From Takakia lepidozioides (taxonomy: Eukaryota; Plantae; Bryophyta), in contig CM060732.1 of assembly GCA_030704615.1 (NCBI GenBank), forward strand, positions 25,730,001 through 25,794,000: a stretch of 64,000 nucleotides of DNA. Reading direction: 5' to 3'. Below the pieces are notes generated by a model. That model ran no database searches. It saw only the letters and a list, made by a program, of their open reading frames with translations, and was not told the DNA's origin. Of the stretch, positions 1-20,601 are shown piece after piece. A program made the position numbers and the translations under genes. The first letter of the stretch is position 1. The number at the start of each line of letters is the position of its first letter.

Positions 1-65
1 TCTTGTCCCATGAGCTCTTTGAACTTTCCGCTGATGTTATAAAGTACCATTTCATTCATTCATTC
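1..65 (+). mobile_element. LINE family A 3' tail fragment in an MCM5 intron
   Basis: ttgtcccatgagctctttgaactttccgctgatgttataaagtaccatttcatt matches the 3' UTR and tail of the LINE at 49773-52517. Confidence 0.8.
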
Positions 66-334
66 CCTTGTTCCTTGCTTTCTTTTTTCCATAGACATTA
101 TGAAGTGTCATCTAATTTCTTTCTTTTTGTCTTTTCTCACTGACTCCATCGTTGAGATAACAAATGTGCTTTTTGAGGCCACTGTTGGGGATAAGTAACA
201 TCAACCCAGCAGTGACTTCACCAGGTATATTGTCAATTTCTTAGGGAGCAGTGTATATTGGTCCTCATTAATGTCTTCCTACCCAAGTCACATGCTAGTG
301 TCTGTATTAGCTAGTATCAGAAGCAACACAGTAA

Positions 335-8522
<8,188 letters not shown>

Positions 8523-9549
8523 GAATATTTATTGTCAATTTTTTATTGCCAAGCTAGCAAAAACAACTCGACACTACTTAAGAGGCACAACGGGAGGATG
8601 GCGAGGGTCACTGAGCCACCGACAGTATCTAAGATGATGTGGTGCTTTCATGTGATCAAGTTCTTTCATCCAAAACAATTTGGAAAAGGAAGAAATATGT
8701 CCTGCGCTCAAGGGAGAATACCTCAGAGCTGGATTAGTACAAGCATTCATCTCGAAATGTCTTGCGAACAGTAGGAGATTCCAACAAAGAATGCCAGCCT
8801 TTGCACACGCTGAAATCGAACTAAGCAGAAGATCGCCAAGAAAGCAAGCACTCTCACCAAATAATTCATGAGGTAAAGTCGCCCTGAGGGAGGCTATCGT
8901 GGTTAGCTAGGTAGTTAGCTCTTTGACAATTCTATCACACCCACTACCTGTATAGCCCTTTAGGTTATTGAGACCCAAGGCTTTGTGTTTAGTTATTTAA
9001 ACCATGTTCGGTATAGTTATGCGCATTCCATGATCAAGTAATGCGACTACCACCACCCATTTACTTACATTGGCTTCTCCACTGGTCAAAATACCTTTTG
9101 ACACAATCAATCAACTCCACAAGATTAGGTTTGATGGTGCATTTTCACAGATAGCGCGATACAAAATTCAGAGGCTAGATGCTAAACCCAGCTGTGAAAA
9201 GCAATTGCGGGATCAACGCAACACAACTTGTCAACTTGGGTGACAAAGTTTAAAGTGTAGGTACATGGGCACTTTGGAGTCCTGAGGTTTAGGCAACTGT
9301 GTTGCCTTGGTTACAGTTTAAGAAGGTTAAAATTCCAAATGACTTTTGTGGCCAATAAAACACGCTTCCATGAATATAGCATTAACAGAAAAGATGGACT
9401 GCAACTATCCAGGTAATTTTGGTTTGAAATTTTTCTTCATTGAAGGTTTCTAGCTGAATGTAATTTACGAGGGTAAACTTCCAATGGGGTCCATCTTGTT
9501 TTTTATTAAAGTTTGATTCACGGTCACAAATGGTTTTTATACATATTAA

Positions 9550-10556
9550 CCCTTAATTTCCTATGGAACCCGTTTCAGGTTTTGTAGAACATGATATATT
9601 AACGTAACTTTTGCAGATCTTAATATTTTTAGGTCATTTTTTCATCAATAAATGACCTGACAATATGGCAGATCATCTCCAATTGGCAGCATGCTGTTTG
9701 GAGAAAGTCTGCCACGTCCACAAATTTCCAAAGCCCAGTGGGTCAGAAATGCTCTTGCATGGAGGAAGGGGAGGCCACGCAGAGTTGACTTCTACATGGC
9801 CAACGCTGAATTGGAAATTTTTACAATTTCTACCATTGGATGTGGGCATAATTTGGACCAAGGTGTAGGTGTGAAGAGAGTCACTCCCTCACAAGAGGGC
9901 TTTTGAATTTGAGCAATATTTCATAGCATCTTTGTGGAGGCCAAATCCCAATTTCTAAATCTTTGTAATGATGGTAGTCCCCCCCCCCCCCAAGAAACAC
10001 TTACAAAGCACCCCCATGCTAAACCTGACTTTTGCCCCTCAATTTTTGCATGGACATGGCATTCCTACCACAGATTAGGCATGTGTGGAATAAACACTCT
10101 ACAAAAATCTAAAAGCCTCTCAAATTAGTTGGTCAAGGCTAAGAAATAATGTTTTCAAAAACAGAAACAATAATCCATCCTCCCTAAAACCATATAATCT
10201 CCCATATTTGACAGTGAAACAAGTTCAATTTTGGTGAGTGCATGCAGGTGCCACGTGCCGCGCACCTACGTGTAAGGTCCATGACAACCCGCATGTAGCC
10301 TAGTGGTAATGGGCACATACCACGTTGGATGTGGTTGTGGGTTCAAACCACGGTCCGGTGTGTCATGAAGGTGTCCATCTTTCAAGGCAGCAGCCCTTGT
10401 GGTGAAGTGACACCATAAGTTACGTTCCCTTCGGGAGGTGTCATACTTTAAGGTCCATTTTTCTGGATGATTTTTGATAGGTAGTTAGCCTCATTTTACT
10501 AGGCATGGATAATAATTTTTAGGTGTCAAAAAATGAACCATGTAGGAAGTTAAGGG
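9550..10556. mobile_element. piggyBac-like non-autonomous DNA transposon (MITE 1)
   Basis: TTAA at 9546-9549 and 10557-10560. TIRs CCCTTAATTTCCTA and (reverse complement) CCCTTAACTTCCTA match at 13/14. No transposase ORF. Confidence 0.7.
10283..10448 (+). mobile_element. tRNA-derived SINE nested in MITE 1
   Basis: Pol III A box TAGCCTAGTGG (10296-10306) and B box GGTTCAAACC (10340-10349). 10-bp TSD TAAGGTCCAT at 10273-10282 and 10449-10458. Homologous to 28195-28374. Confidence 0.8.
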
Positions 10557-11011
10557 TTAACTTGCAATATTTAGCATATTGCTCAAGACTTCATATAGAA
10601 TATCAAATAGAACGTCAATGTGCATCAACTTTCAATTATTGTTGCAAAGACGTCACAAGTCACGACTTACATACGTTCTTTGTGACAATAATTGAAATGT
10701 TGGTGCACATCGTGGCTGGGGCCTTCAGTCCCATGTACGCCTCACGGTTCATAAATGAAAGGGGGGAGTTGAAACGGCCAGCATTGTCCGAGGTATATAT
10801 ATATGTGTTGTAAAGTTTATAAAGTTTTAGAGGGTGGGCCGGTATTTAGATAAGTCCAATGTTGGTCGGCCCACAAGTACGAAACATCACGTGCACACTT
10901 TAACCACTATGTCACATCGATGTCGCTACACAAAATATGATTCACTTATGTGCAAAATTTTGTCTTGAGCGTCCAGTGACCCAACTCAACCGGCACGGTT
11001 TTTTGCTTTAA

Positions 11012-11550
11012 CTTTTCCAATTATGAGGTACCTTAGCGATATGTTAGTATTGCACAACTTCATCTTCCTTCACAAATCGTTGAAATTGTTTTGGAATGAC
11101 ATTGTCTCACTGAATATTGACCATTTTGGCTTTGACAAATACCTTAGCATCGGTGTTTTTGTTTTTATTTTTTAGACTGGCGGGTCCTCTACGCAAGACC
11201 CAAAATTACGAGATGGCACGATTTGAAAGGTAGCTATGTGATCCACCACTGGTGCATTATTTTCCTGATTTTATCCCCATGATTTCTTTGTCAGCCATTT
11301 GCCAAGCCAAAATCTGGCGATTTTCCTCCAGTGAAAAAAAAGAAAAGAAAAAAAACACTACTTATTAGTACCAAGTTAGAGTGGGCCGGTACTATAGTGC
11401 AGTTCATCCTCTTCCACATTGCTGAAATTTTTAGAATGGCCCTCTTGACTGTCTTTTGACCCCACCAAATAGGCGCTTTGAATTCTCCAATTGTGAGGTA
11501 CCTTAGCGTCATGTTGGTATTCCACAGCTTCATCGTCCTCCACAAATTCC
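11012..11550 (+). repeat. Pair of about 65-bp diverged direct repeats (about 11012-11078 and 11483-11548)
   Basis: ccaattatgaggtaccttagcgatatgttagtattgcacaacttcatc versus ccaattgtgaggtaccttagcgtcatgttggtattccacagcttcatc. Confidence 0.7.
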
Positions 11551-12548
11551 TAAAGGAAGCTGATTGGGGCCTGAACCAATGTTGTACTGGTAGGTGCCAA
11601 TCGGCCGGGGTATGTGCAAGGGTATAGGTAAGGGTATGCCGGAACGAACTCGGCTGGTGTATCATGCAGCCTCAGTCCCCCGGGTGTGTGTAGAACTTAG
11701 GGTTTAGGGTTCCAAACATACCCAAACTGATACCATACCATATGACACGATATGTAATGAGATGATGTACTATACAACCATGTGATTTTTTATGTTTTAT
11801 TTTTTTTGGGAAAGGGGAGGAAGCCCTTTAAAAAAAAAATCGAATTATTTGAGGGAAAAAAATTAAAACCCTAGGTGCCTGGAGGCTGCCATGTGAATTA
11901 CGTACAATCATTGATCTCTCTAAACACATTTGAATCTATTTGTAATTACGAACATCCAAAAAAATGGGTAGGACCTTTTGAAAGTGACGTGAATGTTTGG
12001 TACCTTCAACCACTCACAAAACTTCTCATGTTGTATGTTCCAAAGCCACCACTTATTTAACTTCAATAGGTCAGAAATAAATGCATGCAAATGATATAGA
12101 GTTTGTGAGTCGTATGGTGAGGTGTCTCAATATTGTTTTGTAGCCGGTAGGCTGATAGGAGTCCATGTTGTTATTTTTTATTATAGATGTTGATTTTCCA
12201 ACCAACACTTGAATAGATGGAAAACATTTATAGATTGGATTAACGGCATCAGGATTCTACTTACGACTGAGGGTTGTCAGGGTACTAGTGCCACATCATC
12301 ATCTTGCCACATCATCTTCTATATTCAACATTCATGGAGCCGCACCTATGAGGTTGTAACTGGAAAGAATACTAGGGGGATTTTCAACAAAATCAATGAA
12401 GACCCGACTGATTTGGTAGATGTTCCTAGGGTTATTAGGGGCAACCTGTTTAAAACGGTAGTAGGCCACTAAGTGGATACAAAGCTGGTCTGGTTTGTGT
12501 ATATACCATGGGCAGCCCTCTATACCGGTACAACAGTACCTAAGTTAA

Positions 12549-13367
12549 CCCTTAAGTTCCCAAGCCCTTTTTTGACTTTTTACCAATTTTGGGTACCCAG
12601 CTGCAGTAAATTGCCCCTATAAACCTACCAAGAATCATCCAGAGATTCCAGCCTTATAGCAGTGGGCCCAGCTCATTTATGCATAACATACCCAAAAATG
12701 AGCCAAGTCCACCGTGGAAATTGTGAGATTATAACGGTGGCCCAGACCTCAAATATCAGGTCCCAAAGAAAAAGTGAGAAAGAAATTGGTTTGACCAAAT
12801 CAAAACCTAGCTTTATCCAATTTTGCTTGCCCCAAGACCCACCATTTCCAAATCAATAGTGGAGTGGCTATGACCCCACTAAATTGCAGGTCCAATTGAT
12901 TTTTTCACGGTTGCTTTGCATGCAATTACACAGGGGTTGAAATCTCAAAATTGACAAGAGAAAATGTGCCTCCAAATGAAGTACTTTTTTTTCTACAAAA
13001 CTTTTAAAAGCTAATGGTGGATGTGTGTATGTAATGCTCATACACCACAAGGTGAAGTGTTTTTTCTGAAATTGCTATTTTTTTGCCAGAAATGGCCTTT
13101 GGAGTGCAATATGTTTTGGGCTTGTTTATCTGCCACATCAGCGGTCAACAAGCCCTTTTCAGGCCCAAAACGTAAGTGAGAGATCTAAGATATTTTTTGT
13201 AGGTTGTAGCTTTTGTTTTTTTTCAATTTTGTTTTTTGCATCATACTCCAAACAAATCCCTTGTCATTAAAGCTTCAGGAGTGGGGCCCATCAGATTAGA
13301 TCTGCAAAAATTTGGTCGAACTGCAAATTCAAAGTGATCCGATTCAGGTCGCTTGGGAAGTGAAGGG
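12549..13367. mobile_element. piggyBac-like non-autonomous DNA transposon (MITE 2)
   Basis: TTAA at 12545-12548 and 13368-13371. TIRs CCCTTAAGTTCCCAAGC and (reverse complement) CCCTTCACTTCCCAAGC match at 15/17. Confidence 0.75.
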
Positions 13368-13439
13368 TTAACCTCAAATGGAGAGGAGCTGTAAATTTGC
13401 TTATTATTAACAATAATTTGGTACATGAAGTGGCTAGCC

Positions 13440-15598
13440 TTTTGCGTCCTAATGAATTCAAGGGATTTAGTGCCATTGCAAAGGCTCTAACCAAGCTGAC
13501 CAAGGTGGACCAGAAGTGGCAGTGGGAAGATGAGCAAGAACGAGCTTTTCAAAAGCTCAAGGCAAGGTTGACCTTGGCGCCCATCTTGAGACGACCTATC
13601 AGGGGGCGTTCTTTTCAGCTGCATACAGATTGAAGCATGCTGGGGCTTGGAACGGTGCTCACACAGGAGGATGATGAGGGAAGAGAGTTTGTAGTGGCTT
13701 ATGCTAGCCGCTCGAACAACGCTGCAAAGGCTAAGTATAACTCATATGAAGGAGAGTGCTGAGCTGTAGTGTGGGCCATGACACACTTCAAGTGTTATCT
13801 ATACGACAATCTCTTCACCTTTGTCACGGATCACCAGCCACTCAAGTGGTTGATGGAGTCAGACAAGCTTACGGGGAAGCTTGCACGGTGGGCACTCATA
13901 CTTCAAGAGTATGACTTTCAGGTTGTGCATCGACCGAGTTTGGTCAATCGGGATGTGGATGGGTTGAGTCGCAATCCATGCACGAGCCAGCAGGATGACA
14001 CTGGAGCTCGGTGGCATGGTGAGACGGACGAGGAGATGGTGCCCGGATGGGGCATGCATCTGCATTTTTGTGTATCTTGGCAGCGAAAGGCGAGGTTGGA
14101 CCTACAATAGGGATGACTGTAGACCGAGTGTCTGAGGACCCTTAGACCAGCAATGAGTAAGGTGGCGCCAAAGATATACATGAGGATTCAACTGTGTTGG
14201 AGTATCTCCACACTGGAGACACGACAGCTACTGTGACTGCCCAGGAGAGAGATTGGATCTTACAACGAGCCAAGAGGTTCAAGTGGGAGGGGACACACCT
14301 GCTCCGAGTGCGGGAGGATGGTCGAGTGAGGATTGTGCCTCACCCAACACAGGGGGCACGGTTAGTGCGGCATGTCTATGAGGAGTTGGGGCATTTTGGG
14401 GTGCAACGCACTCATAGTCTACTGTAGGGGCAGTATTGGTGGCGTGGTACGCACACAGAGGTGCAACAATTTGTGGCTAGGTGCATGGTGTGTGACAGGG
14501 TGCGTGCTTCATTCAACGCCCCTACACCACAATTGCACCCTCTTCCGATCATGGGATTGGGCTACAGGTGGAGTCTTGACTTCGACCTCCCCACCAATTC
14601 CTTGGGTCCGGCGAGTTGGTTCCATTGTCTGATAAGGAAAGTGAGGGAGCTGCGTATGCATTCTTGGATCGTGTACTTAGCCGATTCGGTGCTCCAGCTG
14701 AGGTACTCACGGATCAAGGGAGAGAGTTCTTGGAGGAATTTCAGGCGTTGTGTGACAAGGCTTTGATAGACCACCGCACCACCTCTCGGGATCATCCTGA
14801 GGCGATGGCTTGGCAGAGAGGATTGTGCAAACGGTTAAGACGGGTTTGCGCAAGTATGGCTTGCAGAAGGGACACCTTGGAGATTGGGACCTTCAGCTAC
14901 CCTGGTTAGCTATGGGCTACAGGTTCAGCAAACAAGCATCACTTGCCTCGTTCTCGCCTTGTTTCCTTCTCTCTGGCCGAGAGCCAGATTTGCCTGCATC
15001 CATTCGTAGGGAGGCTGCAGTAGTCCTCAATCTTGACGATCCGGACGTGTGGGCACGTACATGTGCTCAGCGCGCAGAATTGTTCAATAAAGTCATGGCC
15101 ATGGCTTTCGAGAACCTTGTCATTGCACAACATCGTGATACATTGAGGTATGCTATCATACGTGGTGGGGGCTATCGTCCTGGGGTTCGGAGATTTCACC
15201 CTGGTGACTATGTTTATCTACAGCAGAGTGCTCCAACGATCTTGGATGTGACTACAGGATGTGTTATTTTGAAGTTTCGAGAGATATTGTCCTCAAGCGT
15301 CCTGATCTCGGAGGGTCGGGATGGCATGACTTGGAAGGACCATATGCGTAATTGCGCGCCATGTCACCTTCCAAATGTCGATGGCAGAATTGACCCAAAC
15401 CTGGCAATGGTACCTGCAAGTTTGAGGTGCATGTTGTGTGGGTCTGCTAGAGGGGCAGCCACCATGTCGGTGTGTGATCGATGCTCTAGAGGTTGGCATA
15501 TGAGATGCTTGACTCCACCTCTTGAGATGGTTCCTGATGGGGATTGGTTATCTGTATTGCATTGGATAGTGGGAGTGGATACAACCATGGAAGGCTAA
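13440..15598 (+). mobile_element. Decayed Ty3/gypsy LTR retrotransposon pol: RT connection, RNase H, integrase and C-terminal PHD finger; gag, protease and RT core are missing
   Basis: Motifs FSAIAKALTKLT...WEDEQERAFQKLK, FQLHTD, VAYASRS, YEGECLAVVWA and FVTDHQPLKWL; integrase zinc finger H-x-EELGH...CMVC; core RFGAPAEVLTDQGREF and MAERIVQTVK. RNase H before integrase is the gypsy order. Stops at about 13631 and 14425 plus several frameshifts. Confidence 0.92.
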
Positions 15599-15811
15599 CA
15601 AGAAATGCAAGGCCAAGCTACTAGGAGACCAACACACGAGATCCTGACTCAAGTTCACAGATTGCAAGACGGCGACTAATAATGGGGCTACTCTTGTACC
15701 CGACCTCTTGGTCTATAGAGTTTGAGTACAATAGAGACAGTGATAGAGGACTTAGTACGGCTGTGGCTATTATATCTTGTAGCTATCTGGAGTTAGAGAG
15801 ACCTAACCACC

Positions 15812-16190
15812 AGCTAGGGGGGCGATTGTGGCAGACTACTTTATTGTGCATATATGTGTGGTGTGGTTTGGACAACAATATAGTTGTGTAGCGATACGTA
15901 TGCGCACGACAGCTGTCAAGTTAAATAAACACAGTGTGAAACTAACTAGAATAAATCTAGTTATTTGTATTTAACACTTGGAATTAGTTCAAGTGTTAAG
16001 TCAGGTGTCAACTTTAGCTTGACACCTGAACCATCTTATCTTCACGAGCTTGTCAGTCGTGCGGCTCATCTCTCTCGAGTTGAGCCTGCACGACCGAGCT
16101 CCCTCGCTGCTTAGCATCTGAGTGTACTTATGGAGGGAGAGTAGGATGTTGTGGGGTGGAGTCCCATAGCTTGGGGTGCCCCTGGCTTGA
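15812..16190 (+). repeat. Polypurine tract and probable 3' LTR of the gypsy element (LTR starts TG at 15827; right end uncertain)
   Basis: agctaggggggcgat is followed by TGTGGCAG about 230 bp after the pol stop, with AATAAA inside. No matching 5' LTR in the window. Confidence 0.45.
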
Positions 16191-18075
16191 CTCTTATTTT
16201 AACGAGTGATTATATTGTATTTCTCTTAAGGGATGACGAATTACCTGTTAGGATGAGAAACCGCTACCCTTGGATGATGTATACTACTTTTTCATCCTGC
16301 TGATGGACCTCATCCAAATAAATGACCTGGGGGGTATAGGTTGCATGACATACCAGCCGGGTTGGTTTTGGCATACCCTTACCCATACCCCCCACGAATG
16401 GCACATACAAGTACAACACTGATTCTAACCGTTTGAAAGGAGGTTGGGCCGGATATAAAACCGAGAAGATCCCAGTGACCTGCAACACAACACAAAAACG
16501 ATTGGCAGAATATGAGAATGAGGCCATAAGTACAATGGTACGGTCTAGGCTACCTCCCTTGTCTCTAAGAGAATAAAAAATAAAAAATAAAAAAAAGTAT
16601 TCTGAGTGGAGGGGGTCTAACTTTGTTTGTTACATTTATTCCAACATACTGCTTGGTAGGAGGAAACCAAATTATTGGCTCTAGGACACTACCTTCCCAA
16701 AGTAACACCTCTTTGGTTGCATAATAATAGGTGAAGGAGAAACGGATGAAACCATAACCATTGAAGATGATGAAAATTTATAAGGTGTGATATAAGTGCA
16801 TACTGTTTTGAGTTTTAGGATGAAAGTAGATCTCATTACTATAGCCGCTTGTTTTAGATATGTAATATGTTTTTTGTTTTCTATCTTTTATCCGGGAAGA
16901 AAGCGTAAATTACGGTGTCCCTTGACCTCGAAGGGCTGATTCCATCTCGTCGGCTCTTTCTGACCCACCTACTTCAGGCGGTAGGTTTGATATGCTTTTT
17001 TGTCTTTGTATTTCCCTTTGTTGGCTCCTCTTTATTCTAAAGAGGAGACTACATCGGTGTCAAAAATAGCTAAGCCCCTCTTCTCCCTTCCCTAGGTGCT
17101 AGCTCCTCTCCTTTGCTGAAAACTACTTCCTCATATGCCTCTCAGTAATACCTCCCTCAGATAACGTCTTTCTTATATGAAAAATAAATGGATGAAAGTA
17201 GATTTCATTGTTCGCAAAGAGGAGCCATACGCGTCTAGCCGCTTGTTTATTTATGGGGTTTTTATTTCTCCAGTTAGAGGGAAGTCCTACTAAGTTAACT
17301 CTTGTATAGTGATATGGGTCTTTTACAAAGCTTTACATAGATTGTTCAAACATGTGTGATCTAACTGGGATGATTAATGACATGACGTCAAGCTAAAACA
17401 TTCATTTTTTTTCCTTCTCTAAATATTCTCCTATCCCTCAATTGACAGACTTGCCAACTTAGATTCAAAGGCCTAATTGAATGGCATAAGTTGCGATTTT
17501 TGACAACCTCAATCTTTGGAAAAAAAAAAAAAAAATCTTTCAAAAGCCTCCATTCACAAATATTCGTCTAAAACCCAACATTTTGTCATCAGTTTTCCTC
17601 CAAGAGGAGGAGACTCTTTTATCCATGAAGTGAGGTGGTTAGTAATTACCTCAAGAGTTCCTACTACTACTCCGACGGGTCGAAAACTACCAACCAAAGA
17701 CCATCTAGTCGTCCATGGAGTTGCGGAAACGCATTAAAGTGAAGAAAGCCAAAAAACTGCAAAAGATTCTCATTTGATCCTCTAAATAGCACTCGGGAAA
17801 CTAAGATGCAAGTCAACTGAGGTCTTTGTTTATTTATTTCTAAATAGGACGAGGAGAGGAATTTGCCCTTGAAAGACTTTATTGGCTCTGCCTTCCGACC
17901 TAAGGCAGGACTACGCAAAGGGTTTTGATGCTGAGCACCGACACTCACAATTAAGTTTCGGTTTAGTTCAAGGTAGGTGTAGCCGGAATATTTCATCCAT
18001 ATCTGTAGGTGAATGAACCCCCTGGATGAAGAAATTTCTTCATAGGGCTTGTATGTATTCAATTCAGTTTGTTAA

Positions 18076-18706
18076 CCCTTAAACGCCAACTGGGTAAGTT
18101 TGACTTTTCCCAAAATCACTACCCTGGGGTGACAAAACCCTGTAATTTCCGGGGAAAAAGGGATTTTGGAAATTTGACCGGACATTATCTTCCTAACTAC
18201 CCCCTGCATACACCTGCCAAATTCCAGGCCAATCGGATGGAAATCAGAAAAACGCCACCGTTGCATGTGGGGTCCATTTTTTGGGGCAAAAAAAATAAAA
18301 ATAAAATTGCCTGAAATTTGGATGACGGGATGGAACTCGATTGGGCTGATGCATCTCACTGGTCATCCCCACCACATCCTACATCCAACAAGCCAAAAAG
18401 TGCTCAAATTGGCCAAGTGTACATCTGCTGGTGGTTGGTCAAAGCAGGGTGTCAGACCACCTGCAAACGTGCGGGAACTGGAGCGTGCCGTGGGAACCTC
18501 CACGCTTCGCCACAGACCTCCCCTCCAGAAAAATCGCAATTGCAACTGCTAATCAGGAATTAGGGCTATCAGGGTTCCCATCTGCAAACTAGACGATGGG
18601 AGAAAATCCACGGCCCTGATTTTGCAAAGTTTGATCAAGATCTGAAAAAGTTATGGTTCCTGAAAAATCTTTCGAGGCCCAGTTCGGCCTCGCGGGCATT
18701 TAAGGG
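18076..18706. mobile_element. piggyBac-like non-autonomous DNA transposon (MITE 3)
   Basis: TTAA at 18072-18075 and TTGA (one mismatch) at 18707-18710. TIRs CCCTTAAACGCC and (reverse complement) CCCTTAAATGCC match at 11/12. Shares subterminal motifs with MITE 1 and MITE 2. Confidence 0.7.
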
Positions 18707-18729
18707 TTGAAGTTTACTGGGGAAAAACA

Positions 18730-19435
18730 TTAAAACCCTAGAGAAGCCATAAGCCCCAATATAGACACGGCCGTCGGCGAGACTTGACCGAGAATGCAAA
18801 CGACAAAACAAGCAAACAAATCAAGCCATAGGGGACTCAGCCCGCCGCCGCCTAATAAGCGAAGGGATCAATATTGATATTACGTAATTGGTAATAATAA
18901 AAATAAATCTTTGTTAGGCAATCCCTGTCGCAGTGGCGCCCTACCCGCCGTATCCGCCGTCCACCTGGCTTCCATCGTGATACCCCGCCACGTGCCCAGC
19001 CACGGCGCCGGTTTAGCGGGGGTTTAGCGGAAGTAGGCGTTTGGATTTCCGACTTAATAAATAATAAATAATAAATAATCGAAAAGAAAAGAAAAGAAAA
19101 GAAAAGATGGAGAAAGCCTGACTTCGTCAGGAGAAAAGAGTATGTAAGTCGCTCGGGAGATAAGGCGAGTATTGGGAAGCTCGGTCGGCATTAATCGCAG
19201 CGCCTAACGAGCTTGCAGGAAGGGAGGGAGGAGGTGAGCGGGCGGGCTAACCCTAGCACCACCACGATGAGCTTGTCCATCACACCTCGGCAGAGAGATC
19301 TGTCAGAAACGCGCTGTCTCCACAAAGCCGAGCTCTAGGAAGGCGGAGGCAAAAGTCGCCATGGATTGAGGAGAAGATGAGGAAGAGAGGTTGCATAGGA
19401 AGGGAGAGGCGAGAGGAGGAGGGGGCAGGGATGAG
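18730..19435 (+). promoter_or_regulatory. Probable promoter and non-coding first exon of the glycosyltransferase gene
   Basis: GC-rich segment, telo-box AAACCCTA at about 18733, G-box CCACGTG at about 18988, (TAAA)n/(AAAAG)n tract, and a purine-rich leader ending in a donor-like GA|GTATGT at about 19435. Confidence 0.4.
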
Positions 19436-20601
19436 TATGTAGGGAGTTTGGTTTGTTTTGGAACTGGCCTGTGGAGCTGTTTGCAGGAATTCTATTTGAT
19501 GCCTATGGCGTTGGTTCAGCACCTCCTTCTCCGCTGGCAGCTCGTTTTGCTGTCCAGAATCCCTTGTTTTCTGGAGTCTGTCGGCAGCCACTGGTGCCTG
19601 TTCAGGCGAAAAAGTGCTCTCTTGTATGTCTAGTTTCAGGATGTGTGGGTACCAACTCATCGCCATCTTCTTATGAATTGTAAGAGCCTTTCCTTTTCTC
19701 CCTTCAATCACCTCTATCCAATCTCGGCTCGTTAGCATTCTCCACTGCTCTTGCAGCATGGCTTGTCGTCGCCATCGGTACCATTCTGCTATATCAGTGT
19801 CTTTTCTTCTCTCTTGTGATCTCAACTGCAAAGGTTTCGACTGTAACCTTCACACAGAGGTTTTGGCACTGTGTCTCCGATATGCCGCTGGCCTGCATTC
19901 TGTCGTCCTAAAGTCCTCATTTGCAGAACTCTTTTCGCATAGAAAAGTATTTTATTGCAAGGAATCCGCTTCATGAACGTTTCTACATTGATACCGTTGT
20001 CTTTTACACCGCTACGTCCATGAAGGCACCACATGTTGTTCTCTGTCGTCCTCAAGTCAAGACTTCAGCAATGTAGGAGGTCATTAGCGTTTTCCAGTTC
20101 GTCTGTCTCGTGAGTTATACTCCTGAAGTTGTCCATGTGTGGATTTATTCCCCGTAAGCGTGCAATTGTTTCTGGCACCATCTCCTTAAATGAATTTGGC
20201 TATCTCCAAATATCTGCGCATCCAGTTTCCGTGGCACAGCCGTCCTTGGCCTCGGTTGGAGCAATTGATTTTCATGGAGAAAATGCCACAAATCCCATGG
20301 TGGTTCTCCTGCAAGTGATCCAGGGGCACTATTATTGCTGTATTTCCGTTCTCTTCCAAACTATGAAGAGGCTGCACAAACTTCCTTGAGTTTGCTTTCG
20401 AGTCAACAATGACGTTTTCATCGTTGTCCAGATTGTATCCTTTAGCAGCCATGTCAATCCACAACTGATCCTGCAGGCCCTAATGGAGTAGGGTGACTCT
20501 TGCCATACACATCCTATTAGTGCACTGTGGTAGTAAGCCACAAAGATAGGGAGGGGAGTATTGTTCTAAGGAGAGGTGGAACATTTTCAGAGAGGAGCAG
20601 T

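Noticed and set aside
11697-11712. Interstitial telomeric repeat (TTAGGGTTTAGGGTT)
   Set aside because: Only about two units, which is too short to be meaningful.
19280-19831. 183-aa minus-strand ORF
   Set aside because: Antisense to the probable leader and intron of the glycosyltransferase gene; no recognisable motifs.
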